Assembly: GCA_038207085.1 (NCBI GenBank)
Contig: JBBRAE010000001.1
Coordinates: 64,001 to 128,000, forward strand
Origin: Armatimonadota bacterium
Lineage (GTDB): Bacteria > Armatimonadota > UBA5829 > DTLH01
DNA length: 64,000 nt
Direction: 5' to 3'
Shown here: piece by piece, positions 38,533 through 49,400 of the stretch
Layout of the letters: each line of letters opens with the position of its first letter
How positions within the stretch are numbered: position 1 is the first letter of the stretch
Program-made: the position numbers and the translations under genes
Notes under the pieces: model-generated
The model's input: the letters and a program-made list of their open reading frames with translations, nothing else
What the model was told of the DNA's origin: nothing
Databases searched by the model: none

Positions 38533-41234
38533 TGTTTCTTGTATCGCCCCGCAATCACGGTTGTTATGCTGTCGGGGTGCAGGTGCTTCTTGGACGCAGA
38601 ACGCACCTGATCGAGCGTGACCGACCGATAGTTGCTCGCGAAACGCTGTATATAGTCCATTCCAAGACCGTAGAACTCGGCTGCCTGCAGCACGTTTGCG
38701 ACGCCGTCGTTTGTTTCCATGCGAACCGGGAACGACCCCACAATGTAGTCGATGGCTTGCGTCACTTCCGCCTGCGACGGGCCGGTCTTGTAGTAGCTCT
38801 CGATCACCTTCTTTGTCGCTGCGACAGCTTTGTCGGTATTGTTCGGGTTTGTGCCGAACCCACCGGTCCAGGGTCCCTCGCCGAGGGAGGCGTCAAAGTA
38901 ACTGTAGATCGAGTAAACCAGCCCCAGTTGGTCTCGGACGGTCTTGCCGAGTCGGCTCTCAAGCCCGCCGCCGCCCAAGATGTAGTTCATAACGACGGAT
39001 GCGTAGTAGTCGGGGTCTGATCGCTTGAGGAGCCCTGGCTGGCCGAATACGACGTTCACCTGGCTCTTGTCCGACATCTCGATGACCTCAGTGGTGCTCT
39101 TGCCGGTGACGGGAAAGTCGGGAATATCGAGCTTACGGGCGGGGCCGGTCGGCTTCCAGTCACCGAAGCATTTACGAATCGCGGCGACGGCATTATCTGT
39201 CGTAACGTCGCCGACAATGACGATCACAGCCGTCTCCGGGCCGTAGAAAGTGCGATGGAAGTCGATCATATCCTCGCGTGTGAACGACTTTATGCTGGCC
39301 TGATCTTCCTCTGCGGTCTGCCGTCTGAACGGATGCCCTACAGGGTAGACCGCGCGGTTGAACGCGCGCTGGGCAACGGTGCTGGGGTCTTCCTGTTCCT
39401 GGCTAAGCCCGGAGATGTCTTGTCCCTTGAGCCGATCGATCTGCTCCTGCGGGAACGACGGGTTGCGAAGCTCGTCAGATAGTATATCGAGCAAAAGCGG
39501 AAGGTCTTTTGACAGCCCCTTGGCAGAGTAACGTGCGGCTTCTGTATCAGCGCTTGTGTCGATATTTGCCCCAACGTAATCTGTCTGGTTGGCGATATCA
39601 AGGGCGGTGCGTTTGGTCGTTCCGCGTGAGATCATTTCAGCTGTAAACGACCCCAGGCCCCGCTTGTTTTTGGGGTCGAAATAGCCACCGGCTTTTAGGT
39701 TGCCTCTGATTGCAACCGTCGGGTTGCTGTGATTCTCCTGAACGATCACGACCAAGCCGTTATCGAGCACAGTTCTGGTGGGACGGATATTTCCTGCGTG
39801 CTGAGCCGGTGTTGTAGACTTTTTCGCAAGAGTGGGACCCGCGCCGATGGGCGCAGTATGGTGCGGAGCGAAGTCGATATCATGCTTGAAATGAAGCCCT
39901 GCGGGTGGTGGCCCCGATTCCTCTCCGCCTGCTGGTAGCCCGGACGGGACGAACCAGCCGACGGTTCGGTTGTCTTCGTTCAAATAGGTCTTTGCGACGC
40001 GTATGACGTCTTCAGGGGTGACAGCCTTGATCCTCGGGAGCATCTGATCGAGCAGCCGCCAGTCGCCCATCGTCGCGTAGTATCCGAGCTGCTCTCCCTG
40101 GTCGGAGACGCTGTCGTTTTGGAACACTAAATAAGTCTCCAGCTGGTTCTTCGCCCGGGTCATCTCTTCGGACGTAGGAGGTGCGGATTTGATCTTCTCG
40201 ACCTCCTCAAGCAGGACCTTTTCAAGTTGATCAGCCTTTACACCCTCGCGAGCAGTGGCAGCGACCATAAAAAGCCCTGGGTCGCGGCGGTCGCTCTCGC
40301 TCGACCATGCCGATGTGGCAAGCCCGCCTTCGACGAGCCTTTGATACAGCCTGCTGCTGCGTCCGCCCGAGAGCACCTGATCGAGCACGTAGAGCGCGTA
40401 AGTGTCGGGGTTAGTCATCTCAGGCACGTGGTAGGCCAGCATTGCCCGCTCAGCGGTGCCTTCTCGGTGAAGCACAAAGCGTCGCTCGCCGTGCTGCTTA
40501 GGTTCTTTGGTATAGACCTTGGGAGGCTTAGGTCCCTTGGGAATCACGCCGAAGTATTTGCGCGCAAGCGTGAGCGCTTTGGCCGTATCGACATCTCCGA
40601 CGATGACGAGCGTCGCGTTGTTGGGATGATAGTAGGTCTTGTAATAGGCATAGACCTGGTTGCGGCTGACACCCTCCACGTCCGACAGCCAACCGATCGT
40701 AGGCCACCTGTAGGGGTGGACCATATATGCCACCGACTGCGTCTGCTGATAGAGCAGGGTGTCGGGGTCGTTCTCGCGGCCTTCGAGCTCGGAGCGCACA
40801 ACAACACGCTCGGATGCGAACTCTTTGGGGTCGATAAACGAGCCGGTCATACGGTCGGCCTCAAGCCTCATAGCAAGCTCAAGGTTCTCGCTCGACATTA
40901 AAGACCAGTAGTACGTCCAGTCGATCCACGTAGCAGCGTTCTGGGTTCCGCCTTTGGATTCGATAAGCCGGGCGTATTCCCCCTTGCCATTGGCTTTGGT
41001 GCCTTTGAACATCATGTGCTCAAGCAAGTGGGAGGAACCGGTTATTCCCGTATGCTCGTTTCTGGAGCCGACGTTATACCAGACCTGAGTGGTCACTACC
41101 GGCGCTGAGTGAACTTCCTTTACAAGGACCCTCAAACCGTTTGGCAGGACTCTTTCCGTCACCTGGGGCGCACCCATAGCTCTGACGGCGAAAAGTAGAA
41201 GCACAGCAACCAGACTGCGCTGCGGCATCGACAT
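38529..41234 (-). CDS. Secreted M16 family zinc protease (pitrilysin/PqqL-like)
   Basis: VGSRNE, SHLLEHMMFKGT (HxxEH), duplicated M16 halves, signal peptide. Confidence 0.93.
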   Translation of the reverse strand: MSMPQRSLVAVLLLFAVRAMGAPQVTERVLPNGLRVLVKEVHSAPVVTTQVWYNVGSRNEHTGITGSSHLLEHMMFKGTKANGKGEYARLIESKGGTQNAATWIDWTYYWSLMSSENLELAMRLEADRMTGSFIDPKEFASERVVVRSELEGRENDPDTLLYQQTQSVAYMVHPYRWPTIGWLSDVEGVSRNQVYAYYKTYYHPNNATLVIVGDVDTAKALTLARKYFGVIPKGPKPPKVYTKEPKQHGERRFVLHREGTAERAMLAYHVPEMTNPDTYALYVLDQVLSGGRSSRLYQRLVEGGLATSAWSSESDRRDPGLFMVAATAREGVKADQLEKVLLEEVEKIKSAPPTSEEMTRAKNQLETYLVFQNDSVSDQGEQLGYYATMGDWRLLDQMLPRIKAVTPEDVIRVAKTYLNEDNRTVGWFVPSGLPAGGEESGPPPAGLHFKHDIDFAPHHTAPIGAGPTLAKKSTTPAQHAGNIRPTRTVLDNGLVVIVQENHSNPTVAIRGNLKAGGYFDPKNKRGLGSFTAEMISRGTTKRTALDIANQTDYVGANIDTSADTEAARYSAKGLSKDLPLLLDILSDELRNPSFPQEQIDRLKGQDISGLSQEQEDPSTVAQRAFNRAVYPVGHPFRRQTAEEDQASIKSFTREDMIDFHRTFYGPETAVIVIVGDVTTDNAVAAIRKCFGDWKPTGPARKLDIPDFPVTGKSTTEVIEMSDKSQVNVVFGQPGLLKRSDPDYYASVVMNYILGGGGLESRLGKTVRDQLGLVYSIYSYFDASLGEGPWTGGFGTNPNNTDKAVAATKKVIESYYKTGPSQAEVTQAIDYIVGSFPVRMETNDGVANVLQAAEFYGLGMDYIQRFASNYRSVTLDQVRSASKKHLHPDSITTVIAGRYKKQ

Positions 41235-41427
41235 GTTCAGCCTCCGTAGTTAGACAATGTGGCGGCAACGCTCGCCCGCCAAAGATAATATACCCCCTCG
41301 ACAGCTCGATAACCTCTATCTATACGCAAGAGTCTGGCCGATTGGTTCACTATTTGCGGCAGAGCCAGTATAAAACGTTCACTGATGAGGGTATAACATC
41401 ATCAAAATCAATCACAGGCGGACAGCA

Positions 41428-42375
41428 ATGACTGACAGTATCTACGACGTGATAATCATCGGCAGCGGCCCGGCTGGGGCTTCCTGCGCTATATATACAG
41501 CGCGCGCAAGGCTTAGGACTCTTGTGCTCGACAGATCGCCCGTGTCGGGGGCTCTAGCGGTCACATCCAAGATCGCCAACTACCCCGGCGTCCGCGGTGA
41601 GGTGCCTGGAGGCAACCTAGCCCAGACCATGCGCGATCAAGCCACAGACTTTGGAGCCGATTTTGTGCGAACAGGGGTAGTGGGAGTCGACTTTGAGGCC
41701 GACCCCAAGCAGATATTCACCGGTGACGGAGTATTCTCCGGCAGGGCGATTGTGATCGCAACCGGGGCAATGGGCAGAAAAGAGCGCGTTCCCGGTGAAG
41801 AGGAGTTCCTCGGCCGGGGTGTGTCCTACTGCGCGACCTGCGATGCGGCTTTCTTCAGCGATCAAGAGGTAGCCGTGATCGGCGACACTGATGTTGCGAT
41901 CGAAGAGTCGCTCTTCCTCACGAGGTTTGCAGACCGAGTCCATCTCATAGCGCCACGGACAGAGCTTAAGGCATGGAAAGAACTCGCTGATTCGGCGCTT
42001 GAAAATGACAAAATCACGATCCACTACGGCGCGCGCCTTCGAGAAATCAACGGCAACGGGATGGTGAGTGGAGTGACGGTGTTCAACTCGGACGGCGACA
42101 TGGAGACGATCAACGTGAACGGTGTGTTCGTCCTGTTGACCGGCGCAGCCCCTACGACTGAGTTTCTCGGCGACTCTCTAAAGCTTACCGACGATGGGTG
42201 TATTATGGTCGACGCCGAAAGAATGACTCCGATTCCTGGCGTATACGCAGTTGGAGACTGCACCTGCCGACATATCAAGCAGGCGGTTATAGCAGCCGCT
42301 GATGGAGTGACGGCTGCGCTTGCTATCGACAAATACCTGAACAAGAGAGACCGCATCAAAGTCGACTACAAGTGA
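41428..42375 (+). CDS. trxB: Thioredoxin reductase-like flavoprotein
   Basis: IIGSGPAG, NYPG, ATGA, GVSYCATCD (CxxC), AVGD; NADPH motifs degenerate. Confidence 0.85.
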   Translation: MTDSIYDVIIIGSGPAGASCAIYTARARLRTLVLDRSPVSGALAVTSKIANYPGVRGEVPGGNLAQTMRDQATDFGADFVRTGVVGVDFEADPKQIFTGDGVFSGRAIVIATGAMGRKERVPGEEEFLGRGVSYCATCDAAFFSDQEVAVIGDTDVAIEESLFLTRFADRVHLIAPRTELKAWKELADSALENDKITIHYGARLREINGNGMVSGVTVFNSDGDMETINVNGVFVLLTGAAPTTEFLGDSLKLTDDGCIMVDAERMTPIPGVYAVGDCTCRHIKQAVIAAADGVTAALAIDKYLNKRDRIKVDYK

Positions 42376-42387
42376 GTGCTGTTGGCG

Positions 42388-42969
42388 TTAGCGCCTGGTC
42401 GCGAACATCTCTCCGTGGCCTGGAATTATATAGTCGGCTGAACTGAGAATCTTGCTGCGGCTTGCCTCGTGGAGGCGGGGGTTGCGGCTCATTGCGCGCC
42501 ACGCGTCTTCGTCGTGCTCATCTTCGAACAGATCGCCGACGATTGCGACTTTGCCATTCGGCGTCGAGACCATAAGGCTTACGTCTTCGCCGGTGTGTCC
42601 CGGGGTGGGGAAGACTTCGAGACCATCAGCGAGCACGTAGGGCTTACCTGCGCCGAACCCGTGGATGGTGTAGAGGTCGCCCCGACTGATGTCGAACCCG
42701 GATATGATGAGCGCGTCCGGGAACAGGTTGAGGTTGCCGGCGTGATCAGAATGCCCGTGACTGCATACAACTGTGTTGATGTCCTCAGGGCGAACGCCTT
42801 CGTCCCTAAGTGCTTGGGTAAGAAGCTCCCGGTCCTGAGGTCCTCCAGTTTCGAACAACACATTGATACCACCTCGGACAAGCGTTATGGAGCACCCCGC
42901 ACGCACCTGATTTGCCGAGACAGTATCGCAGTAACCAACTCTGATTAGCTTTACGCTGAAATCTTGCAC
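42388..42969 (-). CDS. MBL-fold metallo-hydrolase
   Basis: SHGHSDHAGN, TPGHT, GDLF, IPGHG. Confidence 0.88.
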   Translation of the reverse strand: MQDFSVKLIRVGYCDTVSANQVRAGCSITLVRGGINVLFETGGPQDRELLTQALRDEGVRPEDINTVVCSHGHSDHAGNLNLFPDALIISGFDISRGDLYTIHGFGAGKPYVLADGLEVFPTPGHTGEDVSLMVSTPNGKVAIVGDLFEDEHDEDAWRAMSRNPRLHEASRSKILSSADYIIPGHGEMFATRR

Positions 42970-44745
42970 TTACTTGGCCATTCTCATCAACTTCACCAAC
43001 TGGTCAGCACTTACGAACCCTATAGACCTTGCAGCAGGGAGCTCTTTGCCGCTTGAGTCGAAGAAGAGAATGGTCGGAGGGCCGGGCACTCGATACTTCT
43101 TGATCAATGCCTGGATTTCAGCGTTACCATCGTTGGTGACGTCGGCTTTGAGAAGAACGAAACGTTTCGACTCTTTCTTGACCGAAGGGTTCGGGAAAGT
43201 CTTGTGTTCGATCTCCTTGCAGTATGTGCACCAGTCCGCTGTAAAGTCGATCATCACCGGCAGGCCGTCACTTGCGGCTTTGGCCAGGGCTGTATCAGAA
43301 TACGGCGCAAAGTTGATCGACTGAGTCGGCACCCTGGCGCTCGGCATGTTGAAGAGGCCAATCGCAAGCAGTACGACGCCGGTCATCTTCCTGGCGGACT
43401 TCAGCTTGGGAACCTTGCGCAGGCTGGGCTCAAGCCAGCCGATATAGAAGCCCGAAAGCATGATCACAAGCGGCAGGAGCGTGTCTGCATACTTATCTGA
43501 AAACTGGGTGCGCACTATAGGGGTAACAAAATACGTCGCTGCCCCGATCAGAAGAAGCCCGAACACTTTGCGTACGGTCACCATCCACATTCCAGCCTGT
43601 GGAATCCGATGAATCGCACCGGAGAACATCGCAAGAAAGAACAGGGGCGTGCCCATACCGAGCGCGAGCATGAAGAATGTGAAGAACCCAAATACAGGCT
43701 TTCCGACCTTGGCGACGTAAACGAGCAGGCTCACAGTGACAGGGCCAACGCACGGCGCTGCGACGATTCCAAACACCAGCCCCATAAGGAGCGCCCCGAC
43801 AGGCCCGCTTCGTCCCTGAGCGCGGGAGGCGATCCAGTTCGGCGGCTTGAGTTCATAAAGGCCGAACATCGAAAGCGCGAGGACTATGAGAATCGCGGCG
43901 ATTCCCACCGGGATATACGGGTTCTGAAGCGCTGCGCCAAACACACCGCCGGTTCGGGCCGCGACTACTCCGAGGGCTGAGTATGTCGTCGCAATTCCAA
44001 GCACGTAGCACGCCGCGAGAAACGCCACACGCCCGGTCCGCTTTTCCGACTGCATCCCAAAGTAACCGAGAGTCACCGGAACCATCGGATAAACGCAGGG
44101 AGTAAAGCACAAACCCAGGCCGAGCAGATACATCATCGCGAATCCGAATATCGCGCCGCGTCCAAAGATGGCATCCACCCGACTCTGGCTACCTGCGGAG
44201 GGCTTGTCTGAGGGAGTGACGTCCGTGTTCGCCGTGGAAACCTTCTCACCAGGCCCAATGATGCGGGCTTTGACTGTAATTGGAACCTTGGCAGGCATCG
44301 TGCATGTTGTGTCGTTGCAGGCCTGATAGCTGAACACAGCACTCAGCACTCGGTCTCCGAGTTTTACGTCTTTTGCGACGTGTCCGGTTACAAATATCGT
44401 GAAAGCACCATCATATACCGAAAGCTTCTCGCCGCCGGCAAACCCGAATGCAATCATCTTTGCAGCAGGGTATACCGGCGCATCAAACTTCACTCCAGGT
44501 GCGGGCTTGATGGCGAGCTTCGATGGAATGCCGGGATCTTTGACAGTTGCAGACCCGATGTGGAACCCGTCCCTCACGCGAACTTTGACGGCAAGTTTGA
44601 AGTCGCCTCCCGCGTGGAGAGCGTTCTGGGAGAGCATAGCCTCTGCGGTGACGATGTCTTTGGTGGCACTTTCTGAGAACACCGTCATCGAGGGAATAAG
44701 AAGAAGCAGCGCTAAGCATGCAGTTAACCTGGACAACATAGACAC
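42970..44745 (-). CDS. dsbD: Thiol:disulfide interchange protein DsbD
   Basis: N-domain YQACNDTTC, TM cysteines TPCVYP and APCVGP, thioredoxin domain DFTADWCTYC. Confidence 0.92.
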   Translation of the reverse strand: MSMLSRLTACLALLLLIPSMTVFSESATKDIVTAEAMLSQNALHAGGDFKLAVKVRVRDGFHIGSATVKDPGIPSKLAIKPAPGVKFDAPVYPAAKMIAFGFAGGEKLSVYDGAFTIFVTGHVAKDVKLGDRVLSAVFSYQACNDTTCTMPAKVPITVKARIIGPGEKVSTANTDVTPSDKPSAGSQSRVDAIFGRGAIFGFAMMYLLGLGLCFTPCVYPMVPVTLGYFGMQSEKRTGRVAFLAACYVLGIATTYSALGVVAARTGGVFGAALQNPYIPVGIAAILIVLALSMFGLYELKPPNWIASRAQGRSGPVGALLMGLVFGIVAAPCVGPVTVSLLVYVAKVGKPVFGFFTFFMLALGMGTPLFFLAMFSGAIHRIPQAGMWMVTVRKVFGLLLIGAATYFVTPIVRTQFSDKYADTLLPLVIMLSGFYIGWLEPSLRKVPKLKSARKMTGVVLLAIGLFNMPSARVPTQSINFAPYSDTALAKAASDGLPVMIDFTADWCTYCKEIEHKTFPNPSVKKESKRFVLLKADVTNDGNAEIQALIKKYRVPGPPTILFFDSSGKELPAARSIGFVSADQLVKLMRMAK

Positions 44746-44885
44746 AATCGCCTCCAGCGAGAGTCGAAATTAGTTAATCCATTATACCACGTATACCACA
44801 AGAGGCGTTGTTGGGAGCATGAGGTGCAGAAATATAACGGGCGCAGGACACCAACCGCCTGCACCCGTTGTGTAGCTTTGTATAA

Positions 44886-45794
44886 CTATATGCGTGAGAG
44901 CATATCCCGAGCTTCTGCGTTGTCCGGGTCGGTATCGAGCACCTTGCGGTACTGATCAGCGGCGGCATCGGTGTCGCCTAGCGCGACGTGCGATGCGGCT
45001 GCACTCAGTCTCGCTGCAATGAAATTGCTATTGATCACGATTGCGCGTGAGAACTCCGCAAGCGCACTCTCGTGCTGTCCTGCTGCGGCATGGGCCATAC
45101 CAAGCCAGTTGCGGATATCAGCGTAGCTGGGCTGAATGCTGAGCGCCCGCTCGAAATCAGACGCGGCTGCTGAGTAATCGCCACGTTTGAAGTGATCTTT
45201 GCCCAGTTTGTAGTGATAGGAAAGATCCTCTACATTGGTCCGCCCGAGCGACTCAAGCTCCGCAAGAGCCTTTCTCCAGTGTCCGGCCTTGTGAGAAGCC
45301 TGCACCTGCCTGTATATTTTGTGCGAGTAACCAGCTTCGATTTCGACGGCTCGATTGATAAGAGAGATACCCCCATCACGGTCGCCTGTACGGTACGTCA
45401 GCACGCCCAGCTCAAACAGCGCTTTTCCGTAACGCGGATTGAGACCAAGCGCGGCCTGATACTCACCCATCGCGCCTGCCGTATCACCCTTTTGCTCGAG
45501 CACCGAAGCGAGGTGATAGTGCAGGTCGGGGTACCTTGTGTTGATGCTGATCGCTCGGCGCAGATCGCTCTCCGCGCGGTCGACAGCACCCCGGTGTGCG
45601 CGGTCGATTCCAACCAGCGCATACGACTCACCAAGGTAGAAGCGTGCCAGCCGACACACGGGTTCCTCCACCGGGCACGTTCCCGTAATGTGTTCGAATT
45701 CGGCTATTGCCTCAATATACAGCCCCTGATCGAAGAACTCGATCCCCTTGCTGTAGTGCTCATTAATGTCCTGCGTAAACCACACGTCTTTCAC
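44886..45794 (-). CDS. Tetratricopeptide repeat protein
   Basis: Repeated TPR units (YPDLHYHLA, ALGLNPRY, YADIRNWLG, DPDNAEA). Confidence 0.85.
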   Translation of the reverse strand: MKDVWFTQDINEHYSKGIEFFDQGLYIEAIAEFEHITGTCPVEEPVCRLARFYLGESYALVGIDRAHRGAVDRAESDLRRAISINTRYPDLHYHLASVLEQKGDTAGAMGEYQAALGLNPRYGKALFELGVLTYRTGDRDGGISLINRAVEIEAGYSHKIYRQVQASHKAGHWRKALAELESLGRTNVEDLSYHYKLGKDHFKRGDYSAAASDFERALSIQPSYADIRNWLGMAHAAAGQHESALAEFSRAIVINSNFIAARLSAAASHVALGDTDAAADQYRKVLDTDPDNAEARDMLSRI

Positions 45795-45854
45795 TATGGC
45801 CCCCTTGGGAGATTCCGGCAGAAAACATCAGCGAAAGATCGGGTCGGCTCATGT

Positions 45855-46285
45855 TCAGATGGACGCTGCTATTTCTCGTTTGGCCCTAAGGGGTTCAACT
45901 TCGGAGAATAATCCGTTTCCGTTGGTCCCTTTGGCCTTGGCCCATCTGCCCACGCAGTAGTATTCGAACCCAAACTTCCTCATCCGCTGAGGGTCGTAGA
46001 CGTTTCTACCATCAAATATTATCGGTTGTGACATCTGATCCTTCAGTCTATCTGGGTTAAGAAGTTTAAATTCATTCCATTCTGTTACGATTGCAAGCGC
46101 ATCAGCCCCTTCCGCGGCACAATACGGGCTCTTGCAGTACTCGATTTGGGGGAAAATCTTGCGCGCATTCTCTGATGCGATAGGTTCTAGGCCTTGACGA
46201 TCGCCCCATGGGAGAGGAGACTCGCGATAATATCGATCGACTTTGCGTCGCGCATGTCGTCAGTGTTTGGCTTGAAGGCCAGTCC
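45855..46285 (-). pseudogene. ugd: UDP-glucose 6-dehydrogenase C-terminal fragment, 5'-truncated and frameshifted
   Basis: GLAFKPNTDDMRDA...VKA, then a 1-nt frameshift near 46188, then PIA...ADALAIVTEWNEF...IFDGRNVYD...GFEYYCVGR. Confidence 0.85.
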
Positions 46286-46499
46286 TTATGCTTGTTGGGT
46301 GGTGATTTCCGAATCGCCACCCCAAAGCTAACACGGGATTCCCAAATCCCGAATGGCGTAATGCATGGCAATTGACCCACTAGATCGGTGCGAGCAGAAG
46401 ACATGACGCGGTAAAGCGAACACACATATCATTCACCCATTGTAGCAGCAGGTCACAAGCACGAAAACGAGCGCGGATGGGAGTTTTGGGGTGACAAGG

Positions 46500-49400
46500 C
46501 TACTCTCTATCTCGCTCAATGATGACCACTGCGGCATCATCCGCAAGTAGTCCTCCGCACAAGTCCAATGCGGCTTCGAACAGCGTTTCCAGGGTTTTTT
46601 CCGGCGGATAGTGGCGGCATTTCTCCAGAGTGCTCGTTATCCCTTCAATGTCGAACATCTTGGACGCGCTTCGCGCTTCGCTGATGCCGTCAGTATACAT
46701 AACAAGCAGATCGCCCGCAGCAAGATTCGACTCATACTGCTGATAGTCAACCTGGCCTGCCACTCCAATCGGAAACTGTCCATAATTCAGCAGATCCACC
46801 TTACCACTTGCCCTGCGAACCATTGTTGGAGGGTGACCGGCATTGGCGTAGGTGAACTCGCCCGTTTCAGGATCCAGCACAGCAAGTAAGGCGGTGGCGA
46901 AATGCTCGGACATTGGACTCTGGTTGATGACGGCATTAGCGTGAGTCAGCGCCTGTGCCGGGTCGCCGAGGTCGTAGGCGAACGCACGGACCGTGCTGCG
47001 GATGGAATTGGCAAGCGCCGCTGCCTCTATCCCCTTGCCTGAGACATCACCTATCAGTATCGCGGTCCGGCCGTCCTCTGTCTCGAACACATCATAAAAG
47101 TCGCCGCCGATAGACTTACCGACAGCCCCGGCGATGAACCTGGCCGCCAGCTTATACCCCGCCGTTTCGTGTGGTTTGCCCGGAAGCAGCGTCTTCTGCA
47201 GCAAGCTGTGGTCTTCCACCAGTATCAGTCTGGCCATTTCCGCTTCGAGCTTTGCCTGGCGTTCCGATTCGTAGAGACGGGAGTTGGTGAGAGCCAATGA
47301 AACGGCAAGCCCCAGCTTGTGAGCGAAGTCCAAGTCGGCATCGGTGAAGGTGATGGGGTTTGATGTGCTGACAAGTGAAAGCACCCCCAGTAGTTTGCCT
47401 ACCGCTAACAATGGTATCCCGAGGATCGATTGCATACCGTAGTCTTTGCACATCTCGGAACAGATGCCCGGGTCCTTGCTGGTATCGTTTATCGCCGTAG
47501 GCTCCGTTGTTTCCGAGATAAGCGCATGGTAAGGCGCCTGTTCCGCTGTGAATCGCACACCAAGCTGCAGCTTCTCTTTATCGGATACGTACCGCACTAC
47601 CCACTGATCGTCCTCGCACACCACAATCATCCCTAACTCAACGCCAATTGCCTCCGCTGCTTTCACGACGACTGTGCGCATAACCTTATCGAAGTCGAGG
47701 GAGGAGTTTATGGCCACGTGGATAACGTTAAGGGCACGGCTGAGGCTCCCACTCTTCAGCAGCATTTGCTCCCAGTGCTTAAGCTGGGTGATATCGCCGA
47801 ACGTGATCACGACACCATCTATAACGTTGCCCAGCGCAAGGTAGGGCATGATACGCATGATGAACCAACGGCCGTCATTGCTCTCTACCTGGCGTTCGTG
47901 GGGCGTGAGAGTGTCCAGCACCTCGTGTACATCCTGCTCGATGGTCTCATATCTTAAAATCTGTGTAATATCGGTTATCGGCCGCCCTACATCGATGGTG
48001 CGAAGGTTGAATGTGCCCACCACCGCCGGGGTGAACCGCTTGATGCGCAGTTCGACATCGAGGAAGATCGTAGCGACTTGCGTGCTGTTCATCAGGTTCA
48101 CGATATCGTTGTTCAGGGCGGTTACATCATAGACTTTGGACTGGAGTTCGGTGTTAAGTGTAACCAGTTCCTCGTTTAGCGACTGCATTTCTTCCTTGGA
48201 CGTAGTTAGTTCTTCGTTGGTGCTTTGAAGCTCCTCGTTGGTTGACTGCAGTTCCTCGTTGGATGATTTCAGCTCCTCGGAAGTCGAGTCCATCTCTTCC
48301 AGCGTAGCCTGCAGCCGCTCTTTTGTGTGTGAAAGCTCCCTATTCAGCTCTGTATTTGTGGCGTCGGAATCATCTGAGGACTTCGTCGCTGTTTCGACCG
48401 TCTCGGGCGGCACTGCATCCTCGAATGTCACTACCAGCAGCTCGCCTTCATTGTCCGGTTGCTGCAGGGGCCTTACTGTGACGTTCACAACCTGGTAGTC
48501 GCCGTTGGTCTTGACGCTCAGGCCATTTAGGACCACCTCGGTCTTATGGGTGCTGGCTCTGTGAATAGCGCCCGGCAACTCGAGCCTCAACCCCTCGCGG
48601 GCCATGGCGCTGACGGTCCAGTTGGCCTTTCCCTCAGCCGGTTCCAGATACTTTCCGGTTTTTCCGCTTACAAGCAGTATGTCGCCACTGGCGTTGACGA
48701 CAACTGATGGAGGAGCGTATCGCTCCAGCAGTGTCCGACGCAGTGCCTCTCCAACGACCGTAGTGACTTCCGTCTCCAGTTTTTGTGACTTGTGAGCCAA
48801 GGCAAATGGAGCACGAGAAGGAATCTCCATCAACTGTGTCCGAGTCGCCACCGAGTCATTACGCCTGTAAACTTTACACTTGCCGTCAATTGTAGAGAAT
48901 AGCTCATCGAAGCCCCCGATGCCTTCTGCTGTGCCCAGGAAAAGAACTCCTCTGGGGTTCAGTGCGTAATGGAAGATTGGAATGACCTTCTTCTGCAGCT
49001 CAGGACCAAAGTAAATCAAAAGGTTTCTGCAGGAGACTATATCCATCCTGGTGAAGGGTGGGTCCGCCGTCAAGTCCTGCGGCGCGAAGACGACTGTGTC
49101 CCTGATCATCTTATTGATCATGTAGCTGTCATCGACTGCGATGAAGAATCCCCGCAGACGTTCCTGTGATACATTGGCCTCAATGTTGGCGGGATAGAGC
49201 CCTTTGCGGGCCACCCCAATAGCCCGTTCGTCGATGTCCGTTGCAAATACCTGTATCTTGATTCCGGCGTTTGGTCGCAGCCTGTCCAAGCATTCCCTCA
49301 GGATAATCGCCAGGGAATACGCCTCTTCGCCGGTGGAGCAGGCCGGCACCCATGCCCTGATCGAACCTTCCTCCGCAGCGCTATTCACGACATCAGGAAT

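Noticed and set aside
48180..48300. 21-nt periodic repeats in the CheB/CheR gene
   Set aside because: They encode the NEELQST coiled-coil heptads typical of these fusions; not an independent DNA repeat.
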